Origin: Macrostomum hystrix
Taxonomy: Eukaryota > Animalia > Platyhelminthes
DNA: 64,000 nucleotides
Reading direction: 5' to 3'
Assembly (NCBI GenBank): GCA_950097015.1
Contig: CATNEN010000027.1
Span: 186,001 to 250,000, forward strand
Shown here in pieces: positions 22,344-35,722 of the stretch (within the stretch, counting starts at the first letter, position 1; each line of letters begins with the position of its first letter). A model generated the notes under the pieces. The model was given only the letters and a program-made list of their open reading frames with translations, ran no database searches and was not told where the DNA came from. The translations under genes and the position numbers were made by a program.

Positions 22344-23659
22344 TGCGATTTCGGAGCTGAAAGAGACCAGATTTATTTCCAATTAATTATTTTAAATTTA
22401 CACTTACTTGACTAAAAGAAGTAAATGTAGAATACAGATTTTGTATAGCATATATATTATCAGCCGAAATTTATAACCATCATGATGATTCTTCCCTGTT
22501 CGATTTTACTGGCTGGAGACATACTACAATAATGAGAATCTTCCAGAGTGGACACTTAAGGTGACATTGGATTCTCATCCTATAAACCTGAACTGTGATC
22601 CCACACATAAAAGTGCACCTTTTAACAGGCAAACAACTGCTTGTACTAAGTGCAAGTACCATGGCTATTAAAAAAGTATGACCTCTAGAACTGCCAAATA
22701 TCTTCATGAATTAGTTGAACTTACTTAGATGGAAAATTTACTCTTCCTCTGTACAACAGATTCCATTATCCTTTTTCCTATTATGACATTCCATTCATAA
22801 GCAAACACATTTATAAATTACATTTACTCTAATAATCAATGTAATTGAATGATTCAAATACTATAGACTATACAAAAATAGTTTAGCAAGTTCTTTTAAT
22901 TGTTACTAAATAAAAGCAAAGGCTTACAACAATGTCTAGGCCAAGAGTGCACATAGTGCATGTTAAAGCAAGAAACATAATCAAGACTATCACTGCCAGA
23001 CATTGATACAGGCCAGTGGAAGTAACAGTTGTCAAGAACAGGAATACATACATGCACAACCTCCTAAATCTTAGCCAGCCATGCGACTTAGTTTTTGCTC
23101 TATTTACGACTTAGTTTGCTCTCATTTGCTCTCTTTTTCTCTCCCCTTTTTCCTTTTCTTCACGCCTTCCTTTTTTGTCCCTTGGTCCCCCCTTTGATTT
23201 TTTTGCACTTGGTTGATTGGTTTATGCGACTTACCTTGCTTGGCACTCCGTTCAGCTGGGCCGGGTGTTGGGCATGTATGCAGGAATATATTCATTCAAA
23301 TACATTTAAAATTCAAGAATGAAACCTGGGATTCATTTCTACACTAGGCTATCATCCTAAATGCATGTGCTCTAAATATATTGCTGACAAAGTGACCAGG
23401 CTTTAAATAGTTCTCTTCATGGGAAAATATATTTATATTTTTTTATTATTGCTATATTAGAACTTACATTGATTAAGGTTCACCAGTATATAAACTGACT
23501 AGCTCTCTGGGTCTCTGAGTATAGAAGTTACCATAGTAGATTATATTGTGTTCACCAGAAATTTTAGACATTAAAATTTGGAAATTTAAATGACCTCATT
23601 ATACTTAGCATAAAAGTCTATACAAGTGTATTGGCAAAAAAATAAGTAATTGCAATAAG

Positions 23660-25142
23660 TAGGGACCGACCAAACAGAAGAAAAAATTGTTGGGCGGGAT
23701 CGGGCGGGAATTTTTTTTTTTCTCGGGATTGGTCGGGATCAGGAGTTGGGAGATGGGAGACGGTTATATATATAATATATATATGAATATGACGGATAAT
23801 GACATGCAGACATAGTACATATATATACTCATTAATACTACTATATATATAAAATAATATAATATAATTATATAATATATGTTAATTTCCAATAATTATT
23901 GCAATATATGAATGAATATTAATATAATAATTATATTATATACAACAATATAATAAATTCCTATGTCAATGTCCTTTAATATTTATTATTCTTTATATTT
24001 GATATCATAGATTAATAGAATATGCCTAAGCCTATATATTCCTCATGTGCCTCATGACCATGTCAATGTTATCATCATTATGACATTGTTATCATGGAAT
24101 CAGATGGATATTATATATATATATATATGTATGTATAATACTTAGTAAGTAAGTATTAAATATTAAGTCTGCAATTCTGCATAGTGCATAAGTACGTAAT
24201 ATGTATTGTATAGGTAGTAGCCAAGCTAGCCTTTAGCCATGCCAGCCACTCGCCAGTAGGTAGTTAGGTAGGTAGCAGGTTGGCAAGTAGTAGGTAAGGT
24301 AGGCACTAGCGGCACTATTGCTATAATAGGATTAGTAGGCCTAAATAAGTACTAGATATTAGGTTAGGGCAATCACTTTGTTTTGTGATATTATTCATAT
24401 TCAAATTCATGCAAAATTAGAAACATGTTTTAAAAGTATGCCATTTTTCTCGCGTAAGGTTGTAAATGCATAAGTTCATGCTCAGCTTCTATTTTCGTGT
24501 TACTTGATATTTTTACTTCGTAATTAGGTACTCAATTATGAGCTTCGAGCGATGTAAGTACTGTTGACATAGCTCGATTTTATGTAGTCCGCTTTTTGTT
24601 TATTTTTTTGCGGTTTCTATTCTGTTATAGAGACCGTCAAATGCAGCACTTCCATCCTTAAGTCCTTTTAAACGTAGGTTCATCTTTTGAAACTGAAGTG
24701 CGTGAAATGAAATATAACAACTTTATGACAAGACCATATCATCCTTACATCCTATTGACTGTAAGTTTTGGTTTAGAAAATTCAGAACTATTTTTCTAAT
24801 TGTGCCTTCCTTTCTATAAAATATTCTGATAGGCAAAAAATGAACCAGCGAATGAAAAAATTAACTGGTGTTTAATTCTACAAGTTTGATTGAATCTACT
24901 TTTTATACTTTCAGTTTCTGGTTCCTACATGTACACTCTTCCAATTTCGTAATTTTCTCTTTACTAATATTCTGTCTAATCCCTCTTCTCTTTCATCTTC
25001 CTTGCATTTTCTTCTTTCTTGCACTCACTCCCGCCCGACTTTTCCCGACTCCCAAGTTTCATTCCCGAGTTGTCGGGAATGGTGAAAAAAAGCCCAACTC
25101 CCGAGTTTTCGGGAGTTGGGATCGGGTCCCGGTCGGTCTCTA
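23660..25142. mobile_element. Non-autonomous hAT DNA transposon (1,483 bp)
   Basis: TIRs TAGGGACCGACC / GGTCGGTCTCTA (11/12 match), 8-bp TSD GCAATAAG (23652-23659 and 25143-25150), subterminal CGGGA/TCCCG motif clusters at both ends. Confidence 0.9.
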
Positions 25143-27764
25143 GCAATAAGTAAATAGTGCAAAAGGTGGCATAACTAATGCATGACTGGATTTTTGGGTA
25201 TAGATAACATGATCCAGACAACAGTTATATAGCCAAAAACTAAACAACTTGGTATAAGTGCAAAGCCTTGGAGCTATTTTTCTGCTAATTTAATTTTCAT
25301 AAGTAGTAAGCAAACAAAATGTTTTAGCAAACATTATGAATGCCTGTAAAATTCTACCATATATGGCCAGCATGATCTGACCAACTATTTTCATCTATTT
25401 ACTTGTCCATTCGAATTAGCAACACAAAACCTGGCTATGCTGCCCTGTAGGCCCTATTAGATATGGTAAAAGCCAATGAATGTCATAAGGTTCATAGGCC
25501 TAGTTCATAATATTAAAAAAGAGTAATGAAGAATGGATAATATATCATTATAAATTAATATTTTTGGTTTTTTTAAATATATTATTCTTTACTTTCTCTT
25601 CAAATTTATTTTCATATGTCGCCAACTTAACTGACTGCGATTAGTTTATCGTCCTGTACTGGCTATTGTTTATTATTTTTATCCTATATAAATAATATAG
25701 CAAAACATTCCACATAGCCTAAAAAATAATATGTCCATACGGTACTTAAATGTAGCATTAATATTTGTAGGCTTAATCAATCAGCACAGTTAAAATGACT
25801 AAAAGATCACTTAACATAATTAAATGACCGGCTTTAGACTGAAGTAAAACTGCTAACATAAGCATGGACGACCAGAATGACGTGATGTGAATTTTAAATT
25901 AGCTAATTGTCTGGTAGACAAAAGTTTACTGTTGAATATTATTATTTATTTATATATATTATATTACCTTTTCAATTATTTGATTAAAGCAGCACAGAAA
26001 AAGAAAAGAAAATAGATTGATTTTCTTATAACTAATTAAACGAAGTGTCCAATATACAGTCAAAACGAAACTTACACCCTACCTGATATGACGCCGCCAG
26101 AGTAAAAATCTATTCAAATGTTGTTTCCATTCGTTTTTAAGAATTGGTGTTGCTTGCTCACAAGTCTCCAGTAAATTTCTATCTTTTTCCTGTTTTATTT
26201 GTAAATTAACCATATTTCCTTCAATATTTATATGTAAATAAAACTTTTTTGTAAATAAAACACACGAACGGCATTCCGGGAGCGCGACATTTAGCCAGCC
26301 AACTGATGCCTGCCAGACGACGCTGGCATATTGCGTACATAGAAAGTCGAACTTAAACTGCAAACGTCTGCAAACGGCCGGCTGGCAAACAATTCTGCTG
26401 GTAAACGTCGGCTAGCAAATGTCGTGCATCTGCTGGCATGTCCCGCAGGCAAATGGCCGGCTGACAAACATTCGGCTGGCTGGCTATATCGTTCACCCGA
26501 TATTCCTATTAAAATTCAACCATTTAGACCAATCGATAAACAAAAAATGGCAATCTGTGATACGTAATATGCACTTATGCATGACTTTTAGGGTTTGGTA
26601 AGAGATCAAACTATTACCAATTTACAAATTTATTACCAATGCCAATTACCAATGTGACATGGGGTTGATACTAGTGCACTTCGTCTTGCATTCGTATAGC
26701 TTCATTCGCGTAATAGCCCTGTGGCTTCCGTGACCTCCCAATAAGCGAGTGTAAAAGAGTCGTAAAAAGTTGATTGCCTCGCAAATTGCTTTTCAATATG
26801 CAAGTGCAGGTGGAAGCGTAGAGAGAGGCAGTTTGATAGAGCTTAGTATTTTTTGTTTAATACTGCTCCGCGTGTGTATTTTTGGCAAAAAAGCAAGACC
26901 ATAAGCATTTCAAAACCAATGGAATGATACGGCATAAACGCAATTTATTTTAACAATCTTGGAGTTGCGCATATTGAAATCGATTGATCTTGTTTCCTTT
27001 TATAGTCAGTTACACAAATCGATTCACATTAGCAGCGATCATTTTCTATAGTTTGCGAGAGCTTGCTTGAGTAGCTTGTAATATGAAACAATGGGAATTT
27101 CATTATTCCTGCACCTACAGTAAAATTAATTTCTTGTCGATGCCATTTCTGGCTTGCGACAGCACAGCATATGCAGATTTTCATCAGTGAGTTTGAATAG
27201 ATCAGTCAAGGATGATATACTCGTACATTGAAAAGGGCTGCGCATAGATACTGCACTTCATGCATATATAGGGTACTTTGGACAGATTAAATTGACTTTA
27301 GAATCTATATTCAACAAAAACTGCAGCACACGCTGTCATGCCTCACTGTAGCCTTCAATGGTCCTTGAATGTGCGGAAATTCATGAGCAGAGAAGGAGAT
27401 TAAAGTACTTTTTTTGCTCGTTGCTAGGCGCCTTTTCCCTACCACCACACGTGACTGAGCCAGATAATTCCAGTAAATAGTGCAAAATGTAACTGCGCAG
27501 AAATCGATAGTTAAAAAACCATGAGCTTTCACGTTTTCTATTCCGATTTGAATCAATACGCAATGCAATATACGAGCTGCATTAGCTGGCTGCTAGCTCG
27601 AGCTGCAGTCGGTGATCGTGATAAATCCCGGATTGTCTGAGAGAGACTGAAATTCTGAGGACAATGTGGCACGTGGTGACTTTTCACTAACGTACGCTCG
27701 TATTTAGCAGGTTTTCTATTTCTCGTACTTTCATTCTATATGCCTTGACTGTAGGTAATAATGC

Positions 27765-29172
27765 TACGGATCCAGCTGCGATTCTAGCTTAATGTGGCTA
27801 CGGATCCTGCTGCGATTCTAGCTTAACGTGGCTACGGATCCTGCTGCGATTCTAACTTAATGTAGCTGCGGATCCTGCTGCGATTCTAGCTTAATGTGGC
27901 TACGGATCCTGCTGCGATTCTAACTTAATGTAGCTACGGATCCTGCGATTCTATAGCTTAATGTAGCTGCGGATCCTGCTACGATTCTAGCTTAATGTAG
28001 CTACGGATCCTGCTGCGATTCTATAGCTTAATGTATCTACGGATCCTGCTGCGATTCTAGCTTAATGTAGCTACGGATCCTGCTGCGATTCTATAGCTTA
28101 ATGTAGCTACGGATCCTGCTGCGATTCTAGCTTAACGTAGCTACGGATCCTGCTGCGATTCTATAGCTTAATGTAGCTACGGATCCTGCTGCGATTCTAG
28201 CTTAATGTAGCTACGGATCCTGCTGCGATTCTAGCTTAATGTAGCTACGGATCCTGCTGCGATTCTAGCTTAATGTAGCTACGGATCCTGCTGCGATTCT
28301 AGCTCAATGTAGCTACGGATCCTGCTGCGATTCTATAGCTTAATGTAGCTACGGATCCTGCTGCGATTCTAGCTTTATGTAGCTACGGATCCTGCTGCGA
28401 TTCTAGCTTAATGTATCTACGGATCCTGCTGCGATTCTATAGCTTAATGTAGCTACGGATCCTGCTGCGATTCTAGCTTAATGTAGCTACGGATCCTGCT
28501 GCGATTCTATAGCTTTATGTAGCTACGGATCCTGCTGCGATTCTAGCTTAATGTATCTACGGATCCTGCTGTGATTCTAGCTTAATGTATCTACGGATCC
28601 TGCTGTGATTCTAGCTTAATGTAGCTATACGGATCCTGCTGCGATTCTAGCTTAATGTAGCTACGGATCCTGCTGCGATTCTAGCTTAATGTATCTACGG
28701 ATCCTGCTGCGATTCTAGCTTAATGTAGCTACGGATCCTGCTGCGATTCTAGCTCAATGTAGCTACGGATCCTGCTGCGATTCTATAGCTTAATGTAGCT
28801 ACGGATCCTGCTGCGATTCTAGCTTTATGTAGCTACGGATCCTGCTGCGATTCTAGCTTAATGTATCTACGGATCCTGCTGCGATTCTATAGCTTAATGT
28901 AGCTACGGATCCTGCTGCGATTCTAGCTTAATGTAGCTACGGATCCTGCTGCGATTCTATAGCTTTATGTAGCTACGGATCCTGCTGCGATTCTAGCTTA
29001 ATGTATCTACGGATCCTGCTGTGATTCTAGCTTAATGTATCTACGGATCCTGCTGTGATTCTAGCTTAATGTAGCTATACGGATCCTGCTGCGATTCTAG
29101 CTTAATGTAGCTACGGATCCTGCTGCGATTCTAGCTTAATGTAGCTACGGATCCTGCTGCGATTCTAGCTAA
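27765..29172. repeat. 34-bp minisatellite (AGCTTAATGTAGCTACGGATCCTGCTGCGATTCT)n
   Basis: About 41 units, some with 2-bp insertions. Contains a 450-bp higher-order duplication. Confidence 0.95.
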
Positions 29173-30336
29173 ATGCGCCCCATTTTTCTTAGATGAAAGT
29201 GCTGGAGAGCATAACTTTAGGTCCATGATTACAAGTATTTCTCTTTTTTTATCCTCAGATAATGTCCAGCGTGATTGAGAAGCAGAAAAGTACAAAGTTA
29301 ATGAGAGAACATATTTTCCCGGAAATATTGCTAAGTTGATGCTGCTGATTCTAACACTAGCACGGTTTAATTTATAATCTATACATCCATATATACTCGT
29401 TTCAATCTAGCTACATAATTCTCAGTCACTGCTCGCCCTAAAATTTCTTTACCCATGCCTAACCCTCAAGCTGCAGCGCAAAGATACATTGGAATAACAT
29501 TCAATAGCTAGTAGGTTAGTGCACAGCTTGGAGCTAATGACTAATGACTAACTAAGCGTTAAATAAAATACTCCGTTTAGCATTGAATGAAGCAGGCATA
29601 AAAACGGCGTAAGTTATTTAATTGACACTTGACAGGCGGGAAAGCATTGCATTATTCTTCGCTCCTTCTTACACGCACTTAGTACCCTAACCCTAACCCA
29701 TAAGCTCGTCTTCGGTAGTCGAATGAATGTACATTGTACACGAGCTAACTGGCTTCTTCTTGAACTTCTTCCCCACCCCACTAAATATATCAGCTCGCAC
29801 TAGGGACACACTGAGGCCGCCAGATAGCGCACTTGTCGGCGGCTCTCTTAGAGGGAACGAGAGGAGGAGGTGGGGTTGGCAGATGCGCGACCCTGACTGA
29901 TCACGCGACGCAATTTCAACTCCGCGTGGGCACACACCCACCCCACCACATCAACTCCACCCTAAGCTTACGAAATCTAGAGCTGCTGCAGACCAACCAA
30001 GCCCGAGGCCCCACCCCATTTCACCCCCCTCTCCACCCCACTGTGAAGCGTGTTGCGCCTTTGCCCATAGGGGCAGCCAGAGGTTAGGGAGAGGAGGAAG
30101 AAAAGGAGGGCGAGGAGGGTGACGACTGGCGGCTGCTTCACGAGCGGAGGATGGGGTGGGTGCATTTAGTACAAATCCACGCAGGGGCTAAGGCCAAATT
30201 ATATGGGAAGCCTTCTTGCTCTTTTAGCTCCCTTCCACATCTCTCTGAGCTTGGAATCTGCTTTAATCCCAGAGCTTTCGAGAAATTTTTAAAGAGGTTG
30301 TTAAAATCGAAACTTGTTAAATAGCGGCTTCTCTAC

Positions 30337-30905
30337 ATGAGTGCCATCATTTTTGACATGAACATTGCCAGCCAGTCTAGCATGGAGATTGCGAAGCCGA
30401 TCATTACCAACAGTCTGGTGATGGAATTGCCGCCATTGTCTGCCGCCTGCGAGCCTGCAGTTACATCATGCGATTGGTATCAATCTGTTGCAGAATTTAA
30501 CAAGGCCATTTCTGCCGATAAAGCCGAATTCGATCATCAGCAGCAATTGCAGCAGCAGCCTACTATCACAATCAGGTATGAAGCCCGGATGCATTTTTTC
30601 TAAAGACATTGGAATTGTTTTAAGTACAAGTGGCAACTAGGCGACAATGAAACTGGTTTCCTTTAAACGAATTTTACAATCCACTGAAACAATTTGTGTC
30701 CTTTAGCAAGACACTTAACTCTGCATTGCTTCAGTCCACCCAGCTGTTAAATGGGTGCCAGCATCAGCTGGGATAATTGAAGGTGGGTGTGGCGTCCCCC
30801 CAGTCCATGGACTGAACAGCTGTACGCAGCCTTCAGATGCGCCACGCTATAGCTGCGGCTGTGCTGTCGGCTGCACATCTGGCCCGATTGGGGCAGGTGT
30901 AATCA

Positions 30906-30937
<32 letters not shown>

Positions 30938-31807
30938 AATTTAAAAAGATCTAACAGGTTCAGCTTCTATGACTCAGTCATATAATGCGTTATTGGCTTT
31001 CTTAAAGCCCTCTAGATCTGGCAACTCTCCAAATCTGACAGCTCTTTCTCTAGACATAACAAGTCCTTCTCTAGATCTGAATTGTCATTCCCTAGATCTG
31101 AAATGTCTTTCCCTAGATCTGAATTGTCATTCCCTAGATCTGAATTGTCATTCCCTAGATCTGAAATTTCTTTCCCTAGATCTGAATTGTCTTTCCCTAG
31201 ATCTGAATTGTCATTCCCTAGATCTGAAATTTCTTTCCCTAGATCTGAATTGTCTTTCTCTAGATCTGAAATGTCTTTCCTAGATCTGACAGGTGTTCAA
31301 GCATATATTAATCAGGTTGTAAGAAAAATCCTAGCTCTAAGACATCAGCTGGATAAAAACCTTCTCAGGTCCACCGTGAGCCATGGGCTACTCGGGGACT
31401 TTCTTCAGCAGCAGCAGCAGCAGCAGCAGCAGAAAACAGACTCAGCGGAAGACTCGGCTGATGCTGCCGAGGCGGAAACGGACGCAGACACAGATCCAGA
31501 CGCCGAACTGTTGAAGCCCAACCTGGATCGGTTGCGCAGTTCGATGCACTCCCTTCGTCTCGGCCAGGATGCGTCAGGAATTGCGGGCCGCTGTCCGCAC
31601 AGGCAGCCAATGTCCCGCGGCGGCAGGCCGGCCGGAGTGTGTTCCAGGCGTCGCAGCAGCGCCATCTCGGCCAAATCCAAGGCGCAGTACTTGACGCAAT
31701 ACAAATATAACAAATTGGGTTATTTCAAAGCCGTGGTAAATGGCCAGGCGCCCGTTAAAGATCGAAAATCCTCAGCCGCTGGACCAGAGTTTGATCACCG
31801 GCAATGA
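30337..31807 (+). CDS. Hypothetical protein, probably 2 exons (about 225 aa), with polyQ and acidic tracts
   Basis: Donor GTATGA at 30576. The phase-compatible acceptor CTTCTCAG at 31368 gives join(30337..30575,31369..31807), 678 nt. GC-rich, coding-like. The acceptor choice is uncertain. Confidence 0.5.
30683..30940 (+). mobile_element. 5'-truncated CORE-type SINE with (ATT)n tail
   Basis: GTGTCCTTTAGCAAGACACTTAACTCTGCATTGCTTCAGTCCACCCAGCTGTTAAATGGGT...GATTGGGGCAGGTGTAATCA(ATT)n. Reverse complement of 1581-1825. Confidence 0.8.
31060..31290. repeat. 21-bp minisatellite (CCCTAGATCTGAATTGTCATT)n
   Basis: About 11 units. Confidence 0.9.
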
Positions 31808-32124
31808 CTGAATCGACACGGAACAGTGAGGGCCGAACTGACCGGCTGATGTTAGGGATCCTTTGTGTGATTCTCCATTCAATAGTGCCCTGTGTCGCTT
31901 ATTCTGAGAAATATTGTATGCTCTGAAAATTCGCCGCATTTTTAATTATTACGAATACCTGTCGTCTCGTGGAATTTTCCTGATCTTAGCACCCCGTGGT
32001 ATTTCAGTCTAGTGACCACCTGTGAAATATTTCCTTTCCCAACGCTCTTGGAATTCATATTTCCTAATGACCCATGGAATTTTCCATTCCTCAACACCCC
32101 GTGGAATTCTCCGATCCTCAACAC

Positions 32125-32375
32125 CCTTAACATCCGTGGAATTTTCCGTTCCTCAATGCCCGTGGAATTTTCCGTTTCTCAATGCCCGTGGAATTTTCCG
32201 TTCCTCAATGCCCGTGGAATTTTCCGTTCCTCAACGCCCGTGGAATTTTCCGTTCCTCAATGCCCGTGGAATTTTCCGTTCCTCAATGCCCGTGGAATTT
32301 TCCGTTCCTCAACGCCCGTGGAATTTTCCGTTCCTCAACGCCCGTGGAATTTTCCGTTCCTCAACGGCCCGGGGA
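32125..32375. repeat. 26-bp minisatellite (CCCGTGGAATTTTCCGTTCCTCAATG)n
   Basis: About 9 clean units, with degenerate copies from about 31960. Confidence 0.9.
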
Positions 32376-33317
32376 ATTAAACTTTTGCAGTCATTCTGTC
32401 ATTCAAGTAGTGCATTTTTAGTTGAAAATGCAGAAAGTTAGAAAGTTTGTTAGTTATCTTCGTACAATTTGCCCATTTTCCTGTGGGAAATGCGAAAATG
32501 TCCCATGCATATGACTACAACATCAAACAATTCGAGCTATCGCTGGCCATGTCCGATCGGAGAGGCACGGTTTGTGTAACCATTTACTAAGCAGCTTTTG
32601 TAAATTACAATAAAAGCAGAGAAATCAGCTTCTTAAAAGTACATATTTGAACTTTTGAACCGCATTCGAGCATCAAGGAAACATTTGTTCAGAACTAATT
32701 ATTGCTATAAGTAAGTCTTGTCAATAATTTTGTGTTTTGGAGAATTGTGCGTCAGAAAATTCCTCAATTGCTTTTCTATCTTGTTTAAAAAGTTTTGTAT
32801 CTGTAAATGATAATCTTGTCCATTATTTTTCGCTTTTCTATCAGCAATATGATGCTCTTGCTTCTGTGAAAGTCAAAGAGATTTCATTTCATTTTGTTTA
32901 ATTTTCGTTGCAATGTGTATAACTGTTTGACAGTTGAAGAAAAACTTCAAATCTGTTTTGTTTTGTGGCTTAAGATTTCTCTCGAAAAATTGCAACTAAG
33001 TAAGGCAAGCAACTTCTAACTTTTTTCGACTCAAATTCATTGAGCACTAGCAAAAGGAAATATAGAAAAACTTGGTATGAACATTAAATATTCTGATTTC
33101 TATTCTCTTTGACAGCCAAATACGTATTAGAGCCTTTCTACTAACTTAGTATTTTCTGCTTGAAAGAACTAATGAAACAACTGTAGAACAACAGAACTGT
33201 AACAGTTAGTGATTTTTTTCCATCCCAATGAGCCCCCAATTAAAATAGCTGTTATCCGCGAATGCGAACTGCGAAAAAGTTGAAATCAGAAAAAAGGAAC
33301 TAACAGTGGCATTAAAC

Positions 33318-33958
33318 CAGGGGTCGGCAAACTCCGGCCCGTGGGCCAGATGCGGCCCTCGAAGCTCCCAAATTCGGCCCGTTGCCCCTTCCGACACCTA
33401 CAGTATCCTGTTAAATCTTTCCCCTGTTTCATCTTTCCCCTGTCTCGTCTCTTCCGTGTCTCATCTCTCCGCTGTCTCATCTCTCCCATGTCTCGTCTCT
33501 CCCATGTCTCATCTCTCCCATGCCTCATCTCTCCTCAGTCTCGTCTCTCCCGTGTCTCGTCTCTCCAGTCTCATCTCTCCCATGCCTCATCTCTCCTCAG
33601 TCTCGTCTCTCCCGTGTCTCGTCTCTCCACAGTCTCGTCTCTCCCGTGTCTCGTCTCTCCTCAGTCTCGTCTCTCCCGTGTCTCGTCTCTCCACAGTATC
33701 GTCTCTCCCGTGTCTCATCTCTCCTCAGTCTCATCTCTCCGCTGTCTCATCTCTCCTCAGTCTCGTCTCTCCCGTGTCTCATCTCTCCGCTGTCTCATCT
33801 CTCCTCAGTCTCGTCTCTCCCATGTCTCATCTCTCCTCAGTCTCGTCTCTCCCGTGCCCCAGCTCTCCCCTATCTCATCTTTCTACAGTCAATGCGGCCC
33901 GCTGCCGTCTTTTAGGTTCTCTTTTTGGCCCACTAGCTAATAAGTTTGCCGACCCCTG
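33318..33958. mobile_element. hAT/Charlie-type MITE (641 bp) with an internal 16-bp minisatellite
   Basis: Perfect 15-bp TIRs CAGGGGTCGGCAAAC / GTTTGCCGACCCCTG, 8-bp TSD CATTAAAC (33310-33317 and 33959-33966), subterminal GGCCCG motifs. Interior 33420-33880 is (TCTCRTCTCTCCYSWG)-like tandem units. Confidence 0.93.
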
Positions 33959-35274
33959 CATTAAACTGTCAGAAAAAATAATTTAATAATAGGGCAACTG
34001 TCCTATTGTGATTTGATCTGTGGATCCAAATCAGGTTTTAACAGAATTACAGAATAGATCTACTCAATTGAGGCGTGACCCTGCAACATACCATCCATCA
34101 CACAGTCATGATTCCTAATTACGATTGTGTGAATAAAAAGATTGTCAATAATCTTCTCCTTTGTTGGCTGGCACGCGAAAGGAAGTTCAAAAAGATGTGT
34201 TCAGAAAATTGGCCAAACGGCTTGTAACTTAGGGCTTCGGACTGATTAATTGGCTGAGTTGTGTGTACTTTTAGCATCTAGACTTTGCACTAATACGCAG
34301 ATGCTGATTTGTCCAATGAGGACTTCTGACATTCATTCAGCTCAGATCCCCTATGAATTCCTAGTGATTAACAGATAAGAAAATATTATTCTTTTACTGC
34401 GCCTTTCTAAGAAATAGACTTTGCGTTGGGCTTAAAAGCATTGTTCACTGTTGTGTATCGGGGATAAGTTCTTTTAAACGAAAATGAGGCAACTTAAATA
34501 GCAAACTACTGAAGTACTCATAACTGCGTCTTTGAGGAACGGAAAATTTTATGCGTCAATCAATTAGAAGAAGCATTTTGTACTCGCTGCGCTATCTAAG
34601 AAAATGACCTTAAATTGTGCTAATGCACTTCGCTTAATAGGGATAGGGATTAGGGATACGTATATTTTAATTAAATTAAGTTACTTCACTAATAAGCGAT
34701 TCACAGCTTCGTTACTGACAGTTTCTAGTGAATTATTCATTTGGCTCGCATGTCATCGAAGTTGATGGCGGCGCCGTGTTGATGGCCTGCTGAAGTATGC
34801 AGAAGAACAGGTAATGGGCTATCAGCACGGCAGCCTAAAAGTGCAGAGCTTATACTCATGTCCCTCTCATCCTCCTCTCCTCATTTCCTCTTCTCGACTC
34901 CGTATCTGGCTTAGTCATCAATAAAAGTGCAGGCCAATAAAAGTACACGTGCATTGACTATTGCCTACCGCGGAGTTGAGGTGGGTGCAATGGACTGCCG
35001 GTTCAAATCAGCCGATTCCGTCTCATTCTCTCTCGCCTTTCAATAGACCTTTTAGTCTATTTAGCCCAATCGCGAGTGAGCTGCTCTGGGGAATGCTCCG
35101 TGCTGACATTCCCTACCCCTGTTCCATTGTGGGGAGCTATTGAAGGGCTTTATTCTCAATCGATAAAGATACTCTGTACTTTTAACCAGCTGCGCAACTG
35201 AGAAGTGCAGAAAGTCCTTTCCTGCCCTAGTCCTAGATGGAAGTCCTAGATGGAAGTCAAGATGAATTTGTCCA

Positions 35275-35304
35275 CCTATCTATCTATCTATCTATCTATC
35301 TATG

Positions 35305-35387
<83 letters not shown>

Positions 35388-35420
35388 GTATCTATCTATG
35401 TATCTATCTATCTATCTATG

Positions 35421-35451
<31 letters not shown>

Positions 35452-35516
35452 GTATCTATCTATCTATCTATCTATCCATCTATCTATATATCTATCTATC
35501 TATCTATCTATCTATG

Positions 35517-35551
<35 letters not shown>

Positions 35552-35572
35552 GTATCTATCTATCTATCTATG

Positions 35573-35611
<39 letters not shown>

Positions 35612-35620
35612 ATATCTATG

Positions 35621-35663
<43 letters not shown>

Positions 35664-35664
35664 G

Positions 35665-35699
<35 letters not shown>

Positions 35700-35722
35700 G
35701 TATCTATCTATCTATCTATCTA
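35275..35722. repeat. (TATC)n tetranucleotide microsatellite
   Basis: About 110 units with TATG variants. Confidence 0.98.

Noticed and set aside
22480-23290. Minus-strand GTAAGT donors near 22727 and 23235 suggesting extra exons upstream of VKORC1
   Set aside because: The candidate exon near 22730-22780 has stops in all three frames. These could be 5' UTR exons but are unsupported.
26079-26363. 94-aa minus-strand ORF with somewhat protein-like composition
   Set aside because: No recognisable motif, an alternative start only, and no linkable exons.
29684-29700. CCCTAACCCTAACCC telomere-like motif
   Set aside because: Only about 2.5 units, which is expected by chance.
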